Positions 13,112-22,320 are shown, numbered from the stretch's first letter. The stretch: DNA of 64,000 nt from Acidimicrobiia bacterium (GCA_052387955.1 JBQTIQ010000017.1:8319-72318), one strand, 5' to 3'. A program made the numbers and translations. The notes: generated by a model from the letters alone, not told the origin.

Positions 13112-13909
13112 TCAGCGGGCCGACCGGGCCAAGCGCCACTCGATCGTGCGTTCCTCGGCGAGGTCGAGTTCAGGCCAGCGCTGGCGGGGTGCCGTGTCGG
13201 CCACCCAGCGGGGCACCAGGCCCACGAGCTCGGCCCGGGCCACGGGGACGGCGGCGGCCACCGCGTCGTAGACATCGGCGGGCCCGACCACAGCAGGGTC
13301 GATGAGGTTGGTCGAGACCTGCACCCCGTCGCCGACGGACAGCCCCAAAGCCCGGACCGCTGGCCCCCGCAGTGATCTCGCCACCTGCCGGGCCCGCCCC
13401 AGCTCGCCGTCGGCGAGCCAGAGGTTGTAGGCCACCAGGGCCCCCCGGGCCCCGACGGCGCACCCACCGGCGCTCGGATGGGGCCGAGCAGGACCGGTGT
13501 CAGGGGCGAGAGCACCGAATGCCAACCGCCGCACCTCGGGCAGCGAGCGCTCCGGCCCGTAGAGGAAGCAGGGAAGGTCGAGTTCGGTGCCGGCGAAGCG
13601 GGCGAACCCGTCGCGGGCGACGACCGCCGCTTGCGCCGTCGAGCCGGAGAGAGCGATGAAGGGCACCACGTCGAGCACGCCGATGCGGGGATGGGCACCG
13701 CGGTGGGTGCGAAGGTCGAGGACGGCGACGGCCGTCGCGGCCACCGATCGGGCGGCGGCCTCGACGTGGGGGCCGGCCATCGTGAGCACCGCCCGGTTGT
13801 GCCCGGCGTCGCGATGCAAGTCGAGAAGGGCCGGCCCGGCGGCTCCGGCGATGGCGGTCAGCGCGGGGCCGTCGGAACCGCAGCTGACGTTGATCACGCA
13901 CTCGAGCAC
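13112..13909 (-). CDS. Glutamate formimidoyltransferase-like protein (FTCD N-terminal domain family)
   Basis: This is the 3' part of ORF 13112..13966. I moved the start to GTG 13909 (VLECVINVS...), 9 nt after AGGAGG. Family blocks are DAGHNRAVLT, HPRIGVLDVVPF, GGCAVGARGALVAYNLWL and VQVSTNL. Confidence 0.7.
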   Translation of the reverse strand: MLECVINVSCGSDGPALTAIAGAAGPALLDLHRDAGHNRAVLTMAGPHVEAAARSVAATAVAVLDLRTHRGAHPRIGVLDVVPFIALSGSTAQAAVVARDGFARFAGTELDLPCFLYGPERSLPEVRRLAFGALAPDTGPARPHPSAGGCAVGARGALVAYNLWLADGELGRARQVARSLRGPAVRALGLSVGDGVQVSTNLIDPAVVGPADVYDAVAAAVPVARAELVGLVPRWVADTAPRQRWPELDLAEERTIEWRLARSAR

Positions 13910-13980
13910 CGGCCGGGACCTCCTTCGGGACCACCGTCCCCGAGGGCCGTCCGCAGGGCGGGGCACGGTAGTCTGGCCCG

Positions 13981-14145
13981 GTGAACCTCGGAGCGCCGGA
14001 ACTCATCATCATCCTGCTGGTCGTGCTGTTGCTCTTCGGTGGGGCCAAGCTTCCCAAGCTGGCCCGATCGCTGGGCCAGGCCCAGAAGGAATTCAAGGAC
14101 GGCATGGTGGAGACGAAGAAGAAGGGCGAAGACGAGACCGTCTGA
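13981..14145 (+). CDS. tatA: Twin-arginine translocase subunit TatA/E
   Basis: My translation of a 54-codon GTG-initiated ORF, which is too short for the ORF track. It reads [54 protein letters not shown], the canonical TatA TM helix plus amphipathic helix. Confidence 0.85.
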   Translation: MNLGAPELIIILLVVLLLFGGAKLPKLARSLGQAQKEFKDGMVETKKKGEDETV

Positions 14146-14317
14146 GCCCAGCGCGAGTTCGATGCTGGGGCCGTCCCGAGGTCTTGACGCGCCCCTGTCC
14201 CGCTGACCTGCTTTCGTCTGCCGGCGTCCATCCGAGGTTCGCCCCATCAGACGTCGACCGCGGGACCTCCGCCCGGCATGAGTACTCAGGTCGGCTTCGC
14301 CGGTACTCGGCTCGAGT

Positions 14318-14572
14318 TCAGGCCGGCGAGGCCACCGGCGAGTTCGTCCGGTTGCGGCGCCGCTTCAAGATGCGCCGGCGTTCGCGCTCCGAGCAGCCGC
14401 CCCAGACACCGTGATCGATGCGGTTCTCGAGGGCGTACTCGAGGCAGGGCGCCTTGACCGGGCAGGTGGCGCAGATCCGGCGGGCGACATCGACACCGAC
14501 ACCGTCGCTGGGGAAGAACGTCGCCGGCGGGATCTCGCGACAGAGGCCCTTGTGCATCCAGTCAGTGTCCAT
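14318..14572 (-). CDS. WhiB-family transcriptional regulator (WhiB1/WhiD-like N-terminus)
   Basis: These are the last 84 codons of the artefactually long ORF 14318..15607. The start is ATG 14572 (MDTDWMHKGLCREIPPATFFP...CATCPVKAPCLEYAL...GVWGGCSERERRRI). Confidence 0.9.
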   Translation of the reverse strand: MDTDWMHKGLCREIPPATFFPSDGVGVDVARRICATCPVKAPCLEYALENRIDHGVWGGCSERERRRILKRRRNRTNSPVASPA

Positions 14573-14788
14573 GTGAGCTCCGTTCCTCGACGCATCTACG
14601 GTGCCGATTAGCTCGTCGGTCCATAGAGACGTTGAGTTGATGTTCGGCGTTCCGCTTTTCGTTACATTCGTCGGGCCACGGCCACGAGTACGGGACCATC
14701 GACTCGTCATGTCGGCCACAGGAGACATCAACGCGGGTAAGGCCAAGATCAAGGCCTCGGGCCGAGGCCGGCCGCGGGCGGATCTGCG

Positions 14789-15097
14789 GTGACGAAACGA
14801 CCCGGTACGATCCCCGCCATGGCCATGGCCGAAGCGCGCACCGAGCACGAACCGCCCCGCGGCCACGTCCGGGTCGTCTACATGGGGCCGGTGGCCCCGC
14901 ACTGGGACCTCCACGCTGACTTCGGCGACCGGACCCTCATCGAGGAGTTCCGCGCCCGGGTGCTGGCCCGCCTCGAGTTGCTGCCCCCGCACGATCCTCA
15001 GTTCCGGCGCAACCGTGAACGGGTGGTCCGTGACGCCGAGCGCGAGAACCTGATGCTGCAATGGGACCTGGGCGTCCCCGAAGACGACGCCGGGTGA
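14789..15097 (+). CDS. Hypothetical protein
   Basis: ORF 14789..15097 (GTG start; an in-frame ATG lies at 14819). The composition looks coding-like. I recognise no family. Confidence 0.4.
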   Translation: MTKRPGTIPAMAMAEARTEHEPPRGHVRVVYMGPVAPHWDLHADFGDRTLIEEFRARVLARLELLPPHDPQFRRNRERVVRDAERENLMLQWDLGVPEDDAG

Positions 15098-15155
15098 GCC
15101 GGTCGTTGGCCGGCGGGCCTGCCCCCGTTCACCCGCCCGCACTACCTTCGTAGCG

Positions 15156-17261
15156 GTGCCCGGCGAGCCCGGATCAGTCGTCGTCGGCGAGAGCTTCGTC
15201 GAAGGCCGCATCTTAAACCGGGAGCTGTCGTGGCTCGATTTCGACGCCCGGGTGCTCGCCCTGGCCCGCAAGGAGTCGGTGCCGCTGCTCGAACGGGCGA
15301 AGTTCCTGGCCATCTTCAGCCAGAACCTGGACGAGTTCTTCCAGGTCCGGGTAGCGGGCCTGAAGGACCAAGTCGCCGCCGGTATCCAGGTGCCGACACC
15401 GGACGGGCGGACGCCGGCCCAGGCCCTGCTCGAGATCCGGGACCGGGTCGAGGTCCTGGTGGCCGAGGCCGAGGGCGCCTTTCGCGACGAAGTGGCCCCC
15501 GGTCTGGCCGAGAACGGGATCGTGTTCTCCTCGTACGCCGAGCTCGAGGACGACGACGTCAAGACCCTCGACGCCGTGTTCGAACAGCGGGTGTTCCCGG
15601 TGCTCACCCCGCTCGCCGTCGACCCTGGCCATCCCTTTCCCTACATCTCCCACCTTTCGCTGAACCTGGCTGTGATCGTGCGCGACCCGGTCACCCGCAG
15701 CCGCCGCTTCGCCCGGGTCAAGGTGCCGCCGCTGCTGCCTCGGTTCCTTGTCCTGCCCGACGGCGAGCGCTTCGTGCCCCTCGAGCAGGTCATCGCCGCC
15801 CACGTCGGCCAGCTCTTCTTGGGCATGGAGGTGCTCGAGAGCCACAGCTTCCGGGTCACCCGCAACGCCGACCTCACCCTCGAGGAGGAGGAAGCAGACG
15901 ACCTGCTGGCGGCGGTCGAGTACGAGCTGCGCCGGCGCCGCTTCCGCCGGGCGGTGCGGCTCGAGCTCGAGACCGGCACCACCACGGAGGTGCGCGAGCT
16001 CCTGCAGCGTGAGCTCGACGTCGACGACGAGGACGTGTACCTGTGCGCCGGCCCGCTCGACCTCGGCGGCCTGTGGGCCGTGCACGCCCTCGACCGGCCT
16101 GACATCAAGGACCCCCCCTACGCACCGGTCACCCCCAAACCGTTGGTGCCGCCCTCTGACGCCGACGTGGCCGACCTCTTCGCCGTGCTGCGCCGGGCCG
16201 ACGTGCTCGTGCACCACCCCTACGACAGCTTCGTCACCACCGTGGAGGAGTTCGTGCGGGCGGCCTCGGTCGATCCCCAGGTCCAGGCGATCAAACTCAC
16301 CCTCTACCGCACTTCGGGCGACAGCCCGATCGTGCGATCGCTGATCCGGGCGGCCGAGCGGGGCAAGCAGGTGGCCGCTCTGGTGGAGCTCAAGGCCCGG
16401 GGGGACGAGCAGGCCAACATCGAATGGGCCCGGGCGCTGGAAGAGGCCGGTGTCCATGTGGTCTACGGGCTCGTCGGGCTGAAGACCCACTCCAAGACCG
16501 CCCTGGTCGTGCGCGACGAACCCGGTGGCATCCGCCGCTACGCCCACATCGGTACCGGCAACTACAACTCGAAGACGGCCGCCCTCTACGAGGACCTCGG
16601 CCTGTTGACCTCCGACGAGGAGCTCGGGGCCGACCTGACCCAGCTGTTCAACTACCTCACCGGCTACGGGCGCGACGTGCGCTACCGGAAGCTGCTGGTG
16701 GCCCCGCACTCGCTGCGGCCGGCGCTGCGCCGGCTGATCGACGGCGAGGCGGCGGCGGTCCGGGGCGGCGGGCCCGCCGCCGGGCGCATCCGGGCGAAGA
16801 TGAACAGCCTCGTCGACCCCGACCTCATCGACGCCCTCTACGCCGCGTCCCAGGCCGGGGTCGAGATCGACCTGGTGGTGCGGGGGATGTGCTGTCTGCG
16901 GCCGGGCGTGCCCGGCCTGTCCGAGACGATCCGGGTGCGTTCCATCGTGGGCCGCTACCTCGAGCATTCCCGCGTCTACGAGTTCGCCAACGGCGCCGGC
17001 AAGGGGCGGGCGGCGGCCTACATCGGCTCGGCTGACTGGATGCCCCGCAACCTCGACCGTCGGGTCGAGGTGCTGACCCCGGTGGACGACGCCGAACTGC
17101 AGGGGCGGCTGCGCGAGGTGCTCGACGTGAGCCTGGCCGACGACGTGCTGGCCTGGTCGCTCGGCCCCGATGGCGAGTGGGCCAAGGTGCCGACGACGAC
17201 CGGGGTCGAGAGCCAACTCGTGTTCCAGGAGCTGACAATGGCCCGGGGGTCGACGTCCTGA
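15156..17261 (+). CDS. ppk: Polyphosphate kinase 1
   Basis: ORF 15156..17261 with a GTG start. It has the blocks NRELSWLDFDARVLALA, LERAKFLAIFSQNLDEFFQVRVAGL and HSKTALVVR, and two PLD-like C-terminal domains. Confidence 0.95.
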   Translation: MPGEPGSVVVGESFVEGRILNRELSWLDFDARVLALARKESVPLLERAKFLAIFSQNLDEFFQVRVAGLKDQVAAGIQVPTPDGRTPAQALLEIRDRVEVLVAEAEGAFRDEVAPGLAENGIVFSSYAELEDDDVKTLDAVFEQRVFPVLTPLAVDPGHPFPYISHLSLNLAVIVRDPVTRSRRFARVKVPPLLPRFLVLPDGERFVPLEQVIAAHVGQLFLGMEVLESHSFRVTRNADLTLEEEEADDLLAAVEYELRRRRFRRAVRLELETGTTTEVRELLQRELDVDDEDVYLCAGPLDLGGLWAVHALDRPDIKDPPYAPVTPKPLVPPSDADVADLFAVLRRADVLVHHPYDSFVTTVEEFVRAASVDPQVQAIKLTLYRTSGDSPIVRSLIRAAERGKQVAALVELKARGDEQANIEWARALEEAGVHVVYGLVGLKTHSKTALVVRDEPGGIRRYAHIGTGNYNSKTAALYEDLGLLTSDEELGADLTQLFNYLTGYGRDVRYRKLLVAPHSLRPALRRLIDGEAAAVRGGGPAAGRIRAKMNSLVDPDLIDALYAASQAGVEIDLVVRGMCCLRPGVPGLSETIRVRSIVGRYLEHSRVYEFANGAGKGRAAAYIGSADWMPRNLDRRVEVLTPVDDAELQGRLREVLDVSLADDVLAWSLGPDGEWAKVPTTTGVESQLVFQELTMARGSTS

Positions 17262-18766
17262 GCGTCGAACGGGAGGCGAAGCTCAGCGCCATCGCCGGTT
17301 TCGAGCTCCCCGACCTCGACGGGGTGCTGCCAGGGGTGACGGCCGGCGCCGCCGAGGTGAAGGTGCTCGACGCCGTCTACTACGACACCGACGACCTGCG
17401 CCTGGTGCGCGACGGCGTCAGCCTGCGCCACCGCAACGACCGGTGGACGACCAAATTGCCCGATCCTGGCGGCAACGGCGGTGGTGCGATGTTGGCCCGC
17501 GACGAGATCGACAGCTACGCCCCACCCGGCACCCCCCCTGACGAGCAGGTCCGCCTGGTGCGGTCCCGGGCGCGGGCCGAGGCCCTGGTGCCGGTCGTGC
17601 GCCTCGTCACCACCCGCCGTACCGTCGCCCTGCGGTCGGCTGCCGGGGAGCCGCTGGCCGAGGTGGCCGACGACCGGGTCGAGGTGCTCGACCGCGGCGG
17701 CTCGCCGGCGGGCTGGTTCCGGGAGATCGAAGTCGAACTGGCAGAAGGTGCCGACGCCGACCTCCTGCGCCCTGTCGTGGAACGGCTGAAGGCCGCCGGA
17801 GCGGCATCGGGCACACCCACGCCCAAGGTGGCTCGGGCGCTGGGGCCGCCGGCCCAGGCGCCGCCGGAGGTCGTAGCCGAGGGCTACGACCCGGCCCAAC
17901 GCCCGCCGGCGGTGGACGTCGTGCGGGCCGCGGTCGCCGGTGCCGTCGAGCGGATCATCGTCCATGACCCGGTGATCCGCCTCGACACCGATCCCGAGGG
18001 TGTCCACAAGGCCCGGGTGGGCACCCGACAGTTGCGCTCCGACCTGCGGACCTTCGGTCCACTCGTCGGGCCCGATTGGTCGGGCCCGTTGCGGGGCGAG
18101 CTCAAGTGGTTGGCCGACAAATTGGGCCAGGTACGGGACGCCGACGTGCTCGGCGCCCGTCTGCGGGCCGCCGTCGAGGTCCTGGCCCCGCCCGACCAGG
18201 CGGCGGCCCAGTGGGTGATGGACCGTTGCGGCCGCGAACGGGCCCGGGCCCAGGGCGAACTGGTCGACGCGCTCGACACCGCCCGCTACCTCGCCCTGCT
18301 CGACGACCTGGTCGAAGGCGCCCGACAGCCCGAGGTCTGCCCCGACGCACGGCGGCCGGCGTCGCAGGTGGTGCCGGCGCTGGCCCGTCGGCCGTGGCGC
18401 AAGCTACGCCAGGAGGTGGCTGCGCTCGGCGAGGCCCCCGACGACGACGCCCTGCACCGGGTACGGATCAGGGCCAAGCGGGCGCGCTACGCGGTCGAGG
18501 CCGTCGCGCCCCTCGTCGGTCCCGAAGCGGTCCAGCTGGGCAAGGCCCTGGCCCAGGTCCAAGATGTGCTCGGTGACCGCCACGACGCGGTGGTGGCCGA
18601 GGAATGGTTGCGTCGAGCCGAGGGCGAGGCGTCGAGCCCGGCGGTGGTGCACGCCATCGGTGCCCTCGTCGAGACCGAACGCCGGGCCGGCACCGAGGCG
18701 CTCGAGAAGTGGCCGGCGGCGTGGTCGGTGGTCGATCACGGCGATCTCACCGGTTGGTTGCGATGA
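17177..18766 (+). CDS. CYTH and CHAD domain protein
   Basis: ORF 17177..18766. The N-terminal CYTH domain reads SVEREAKLSA...YYDTDDLRLVRDGVSLRHR. The C-terminal CHAD domain reads VHKARVGTRQLRSDLRTF ... LHRVRIRAKRARYAVE. As called, the start overlaps the ppk 3' end by 85 nt, so the true start is uncertain. Confidence 0.75.
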   Translation: MGQGADDDRGREPTRVPGADNGPGVDVLSVEREAKLSAIAGFELPDLDGVLPGVTAGAAEVKVLDAVYYDTDDLRLVRDGVSLRHRNDRWTTKLPDPGGNGGGAMLARDEIDSYAPPGTPPDEQVRLVRSRARAEALVPVVRLVTTRRTVALRSAAGEPLAEVADDRVEVLDRGGSPAGWFREIEVELAEGADADLLRPVVERLKAAGAASGTPTPKVARALGPPAQAPPEVVAEGYDPAQRPPAVDVVRAAVAGAVERIIVHDPVIRLDTDPEGVHKARVGTRQLRSDLRTFGPLVGPDWSGPLRGELKWLADKLGQVRDADVLGARLRAAVEVLAPPDQAAAQWVMDRCGRERARAQGELVDALDTARYLALLDDLVEGARQPEVCPDARRPASQVVPALARRPWRKLRQEVAALGEAPDDDALHRVRIRAKRARYAVEAVAPLVGPEAVQLGKALAQVQDVLGDRHDAVVAEEWLRRAEGEASSPAVVHAIGALVETERRAGTEALEKWPAAWSVVDHGDLTGWLR

Positions 18767-18895
18767 GGGTCGTCGGCCGCCGGCAGCTGCCGGCGGGATG
18801 AGCGCACCACGGTGGCCCGGGGGCGCGCGCTGCTCCGCAAGGTGCCCGATGGGTGGGCCCGGCGGCTGTTGCGCTCCGCCCGTCGACTGCTCGGC

Positions 18896-19300
18896 ATGAG
18901 GACACCGACGGTCCGGGCCTCGGGTGGCATCGTGACCGGGCCCGGCGGCGAGCGGGTGCTGCTCGTGCACCGTCCCCGCTACGACGACTGGTCGTTCCCC
19001 AAGGGCAAACGGGAACACGGAGAGACCGACGAGCAGTGCGCCGTGCGGGAGGTCGAGGAGGAGACCGGGCTGCGGTGCCGGCTGGGCCGGGAGCTTCTGC
19101 CCACCCGCTACATCGACGGCAAGGGCCGCGACAAGCTGGTGCGGTACTGGCAGATGGCCGTGGTCGGCGAGACGCCGTGGCAGCCGGGCCACGAGGTCGA
19201 CGAGCTGCGGTGGTGCCGGCCCGACGAGGCTGCCGCCCTGCTCAGCTACGAACGCGACGTCGAAGTGCTCCACACCTGGCAGGCCCCGGGCCGCCGGTGA
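18896..19300 (+). CDS. NUDIX hydrolase (MutT1-like N-terminal domain type)
   Basis: This is the 3' part of ORF 18812..19300. I set the start at ATG 18896. The Nudix box is PKGKREHGETDEQCAVREVEEETGL. Confidence 0.8.
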   Translation: MRTPTVRASGGIVTGPGGERVLLVHRPRYDDWSFPKGKREHGETDEQCAVREVEEETGLRCRLGRELLPTRYIDGKGRDKLVRYWQMAVVGETPWQPGHEVDELRWCRPDEAAALLSYERDVEVLHTWQAPGRR

Positions 19301-20586
19301 ACCCCCGGCCGGCGCCGTCTACCTGGCGACCGACCCCCAATGACCCGGCCGACTGGTTCCCGGCCGAGCAGCTCGACCGCGCCCGCCGCTACCAGCGGCC
19401 GCTGCGGAGGATGCGGGCGCTCCGTACCGCCGTCGCCACCGCAGTGGTGGCGGTGTTCGCCTTCGGCGGGGTCGGCGTGGCGGTGGTCGAGGCCAGCGGC
19501 GCCGACGGCTGGACCGAACGGCTGTTGGTCCTTGCCCTGGCCCTGCAGGTGGCGGCCCTGGCCTACGACGTGCCCCTCGACGCCTGGGTCGATCTCGTCC
19601 ATGACCGCCGGTGGGGGGTGTCGACCCAGACCGGCCGGGGATTCGTCTCCGACCAGGCCCGCAGCTTCGTGCTCACCGCCGTCACCAACGTGGTGTTGCT
19701 GGTGCCGCTGTACGCGCTGGTCCGGGGCACCGGACTGTGGTGGCTGTGGGGTTGGGCGTTGGTGATGACCGTCGCCGTCGCGTTCGGCTATCTCCATCCG
19801 ATCGTGATCGCACCGCTGTTCAACCGCTTCACCCCGCTGGCGCCGGGAGACCTGGCCGATCGGGTGGCGGCGGTGGCGAGCGCCGCCGGGGTCGACCTCG
19901 ACGGGACGTTGGTGGCCGACGAGAGCCGCCGGTCGGCCCGTCACAACGCTTACGTGGCCGGGCTCGGTGCCACCCGTCGGATGGTGCTGTTCGACACGCT
20001 GCTGGCCGAGCCCCCGGGAGCCGTGGAGCAGGTCGTGGCCCACGAGATCGGCCACTGGCGCCGGCACCACGTTCGCGCTCAGGCGCTCGTCGCCGCCGCT
20101 GGGGGCCTGGCCGTGGCGGTTGGGCTCTACGCCGTCGAGCAGTGGGCCTGGTTGCTGGCCCGGGCCGACCTCGGTCCCGAGGCCGGGCTCGGGGACCCGG
20201 CCTCGCTGCCGTTGCTGTTGCTGGCGGCCCAGGTGGGCGCCGGGCTGGCCGGCGTCGCCAGCGCCTTCGTGTCCCGTGCCTTCGAGCGACAGGCCGACGA
20301 AGAGGCCCTGGTGCTGCTCGGTGACGCTGATGGCCTCGTCGATATGCACCGCCGGCTCCACGTGCAGAACCTGGCCGACCTCGACCCCGGGCCCCTGGCG
20401 TACCTGGGCCGGACCCACCCGCCGGCGGCGGAGCGGATGGCCTTCGCCCGGGCGTGGGCCGCCCACCGAGGTGCCGGGGCGCCGGGATCCGGGCAGGGCC
20501 TCCGGGCAAGAACGCTGCCGACCGGGCCGGTCGACGCCATTCACCCAGGGCCCTGCCCGGGGGACTGGCCCCACGCGACGAACTGA
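19297..20586 (+). CDS. M48-family (Ste24/HtpX-like) zinc metalloprotease, membrane
   Basis: This is the 3' part of ORF 18853..20586. I set the start at GTG 19297, which overlaps the NUDIX stop (GTGA). It has several TM helices, an HEIGHWRRHH zinc motif, and ERQADEEA downstream. Confidence 0.8.
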   Translation: MNPRPAPSTWRPTPNDPADWFPAEQLDRARRYQRPLRRMRALRTAVATAVVAVFAFGGVGVAVVEASGADGWTERLLVLALALQVAALAYDVPLDAWVDLVHDRRWGVSTQTGRGFVSDQARSFVLTAVTNVVLLVPLYALVRGTGLWWLWGWALVMTVAVAFGYLHPIVIAPLFNRFTPLAPGDLADRVAAVASAAGVDLDGTLVADESRRSARHNAYVAGLGATRRMVLFDTLLAEPPGAVEQVVAHEIGHWRRHHVRAQALVAAAGGLAVAVGLYAVEQWAWLLARADLGPEAGLGDPASLPLLLLAAQVGAGLAGVASAFVSRAFERQADEEALVLLGDADGLVDMHRRLHVQNLADLDPGPLAYLGRTHPPAAERMAFARAWAAHRGAGAPGSGQGLRARTLPTGPVDAIHPGPCPGDWPHATN

Positions 20587-20733
20587 CGGTGACGGCGGCG
20601 GCTGGGTCGAAGCCCGGCCGCCTCCTCATCGAGGACCCTAAGCAGACGGGGCTGTGCTCAACCAGTAGGTCAACGTGTGACCATCCCGTGGACAGTGCCG
20701 CCTCGTCTGTGGACAGAGCGGCCAGGCCGTTCA

Positions 20734-20941
20734 TGCTCGGGGGCTGCGCCCCCGGGCCCCATCGTCGCCCGGCTCGCTAGCGCTCGCCCGGTCGACCGGT
20801 CACTGGCGGGCGGAGCGAGCGACGGTGGACCCATGACCGCGCCTGCTCGGGGGCTGCGCCCCCGGGCCCCATCGTCGCCCGGCTCGCTGGCGCTCGCCCG
20901 GTCGACCGGTCACTGGCGGGCGGAGCGAGCGATGGTGGACC
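20734..20941 (+). repeat. Tandem duplication (period 110 bp) of a long family-A repeat unit
   Basis: The 98-nt unit tgctcgggggctgcgcccccgggccccatcgtcgcccggctcgctRgcgctcgcccggtcgaccggtcactggcgggcggagcgagcgaYggtggacc occurs at 20734-20831 and 20844-20941. The two copies differ at 2 positions and are separated by a 12-nt spacer. Confidence 0.95.
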
Positions 20942-20969
20942 AAGTGACCGTCCCGCCGGCCCGGTCCGC

Positions 20970-21656
20970 TTAGTCGACGCCGAGCCAGCCCCGTACCAGG
21001 CCGCGGAGATGCTCGACGCCGGTGCCCTTGGCCGAGCTGACCCAGGTCACCTCGGCCCGAGGGAGGCCGCATCCGGCGGCCATCTCGTTCCGGCGTCGAT
21101 CCCGCCGCGCCGCCGGCACCTTGTCGTGCTTGGTGGCGATCACCGCGAAGGCCAGGTCGGCAGCCCGCAGCCAGTCCAGCATCGTCTCGTCGAGCTTGGT
21201 CGGTCCGATCTCGCCGTCGACCACGACCATGGTGGTGCGCAACTCCCGGCGGTCCCGGAGGTATCCCTCCATCATGTGCCGCCACGATTCTCGCTGGGCC
21301 GCCGGCACCGACGCGAAGCCGTAGCCGGGGCAGTCGACCACGGTGGCGTCGTCGAGGGCGAAGCAGTTGAGCAACCGTGTCCGCCCCGGGGTCTTGGACA
21401 CCTGGGCCAGGCCCTTGCGGTTGCTGAGGGCGTTGAGGAGCGAGGACTTCCCCACGTTCGATCGCCCGACTACGGCCACCTCGGCGCGGGTCGGGGGCAG
21501 CTCACCGACCGCGGGGGCCGAGAGCACGAAACGAAGGGGCAGCGGCGGGTTGGACAGCTCCGCTACCAGGTGTCGTCGAAGCGACGCTTGCCCCGGACCG
21601 AACGCTTCAGCTCGCTGAAGTCCGGGTTCTCGGCCAGCGTCCGGACCGCGTCCCAC
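20970..21656 (-). CDS. engB: Ribosome-biogenesis GTPase EngB/YsxC/YihA
   Basis: ORF 20970..21656. It has RFVLSAPAVGELP, the G1 motif GRSNVGKSSLLNAL, and the G3 and G4 motifs (VDCPGYG, TKHDK). The annotated start overlaps the upstream gene by 94 nt, so the start is uncertain. Confidence 0.8.
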   Translation of the reverse strand: MGRGPDAGREPGLQRAEAFGPGQASLRRHLVAELSNPPLPLRFVLSAPAVGELPPTRAEVAVVGRSNVGKSSLLNALSNRKGLAQVSKTPGRTRLLNCFALDDATVVDCPGYGFASVPAAQRESWRHMMEGYLRDRRELRTTMVVVDGEIGPTKLDETMLDWLRAADLAFAVIATKHDKVPAARRDRRRNEMAAGCGLPRAEVTWVSSAKGTGVEHLRGLVRGWLGVD

Positions 21657-22201
21657 ATGCGGACGGCGTCGGCGCCGGTGGGCGCCTGGGAGATCACCGG
21701 GCCGAAGAAGCTGGGCCCGTCCGGGGGGAGGAAGCTGAGCACCGGGGTACCGATGAAACCACCGCAGCGGTCGAGGGCCTGATCGGTCTCTTCCCCGATG
21801 ACGTCGTCGAACTCGTCCGAGTAGGCGGCCTCGGCCAACGCCGTCGGGTGGTCGAGTGCGGCCAGGACGCCGGCGATACCCGACCGGTCATCGAAGAGGG
21901 TGCTGTTGTCCTGGTTGTGGATGACACGGCCGTAGGCGGTGTAGAGCGGCAGCATCGCGGCCGGGCCGGACTCGGCCCGGACCGCGGCCGCCACCCGGAG
22001 CAGTTCGAGGCCCCGCTCGTGGATGCGCGCGTAGCCCTTGGGAAACTCACGCTCGTAGTCACGGCCGGCATTGAGCTTTCGGAGCGAGATGAACTTCCAG
22101 TCGACGCTGAGTGGGCGCTCATCGGCAACGTTGAGGACCCAACGCGACGTGATCCACGCCCACGGGCACACCGGGTCCCAGAAGAAGTCGAGGTCTGCCA
22201 T
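21563..22201 (-). CDS. DsbA-like thioredoxin-fold protein, Rv2466c-type, with CPWA instead of CPWC
   Basis: ORF 21563..22201. MADLDFFWDPVCPWAWITSRWVL... and ...GTPVLSF....FFGPVIS... match my recollection of the Rv2466c family along the full length. Confidence 0.75.
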   Translation of the reverse strand: MADLDFFWDPVCPWAWITSRWVLNVADERPLSVDWKFISLRKLNAGRDYEREFPKGYARIHERGLELLRVAAAVRAESGPAAMLPLYTAYGRVIHNQDNSTLFDDRSGIAGVLAALDHPTALAEAAYSDEFDDVIGEETDQALDRCGGFIGTPVLSFLPPDGPSFFGPVISQAPTGADAVRMWDAVRTLAENPDFSELKRSVRGKRRFDDTW

Positions 22202-22320
22202 CCCCGGGTACTACCTCCTGGGCCCCGTCGGTATTCCGTGCCAGTCGCGCTCCCCGGTCACGCAGGCCGTTGGGACCGTGCCTGCATCGGTGGGGGCTCC
22301 GACCGGGTAGTCCCGACGCC

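Noticed and set aside
12802-14572. Two WhiB paralogues flanking a formimidoyltransferase-like gene and tatA as a functional unit
   Set aside because: WhiB paralogues are numerous and scattered in Actinobacteria. The four genes are on alternating strands with their own intergenic regions, and nothing in the sequence links them.
20734-20941. Possibility that the tandem or dispersed repeats are a CRISPR array
   Set aside because: The units are directly abutting, or separated by a 12-nt spacer at most. The units are 44-110 bp long, there are only 2-3 copies per locus, there are no unique spacers of 25-40 bp, and there are no cas genes in the window.
20677-20973. 98-aa ORF spanning the 110-bp tandem repeats
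   Set aside because: It reads the two repeat units in two different frames, because the period is not a multiple of 3. It has no RBS and lies in a convergent gap. I treat it as a by-product of the repeat, not a gene.
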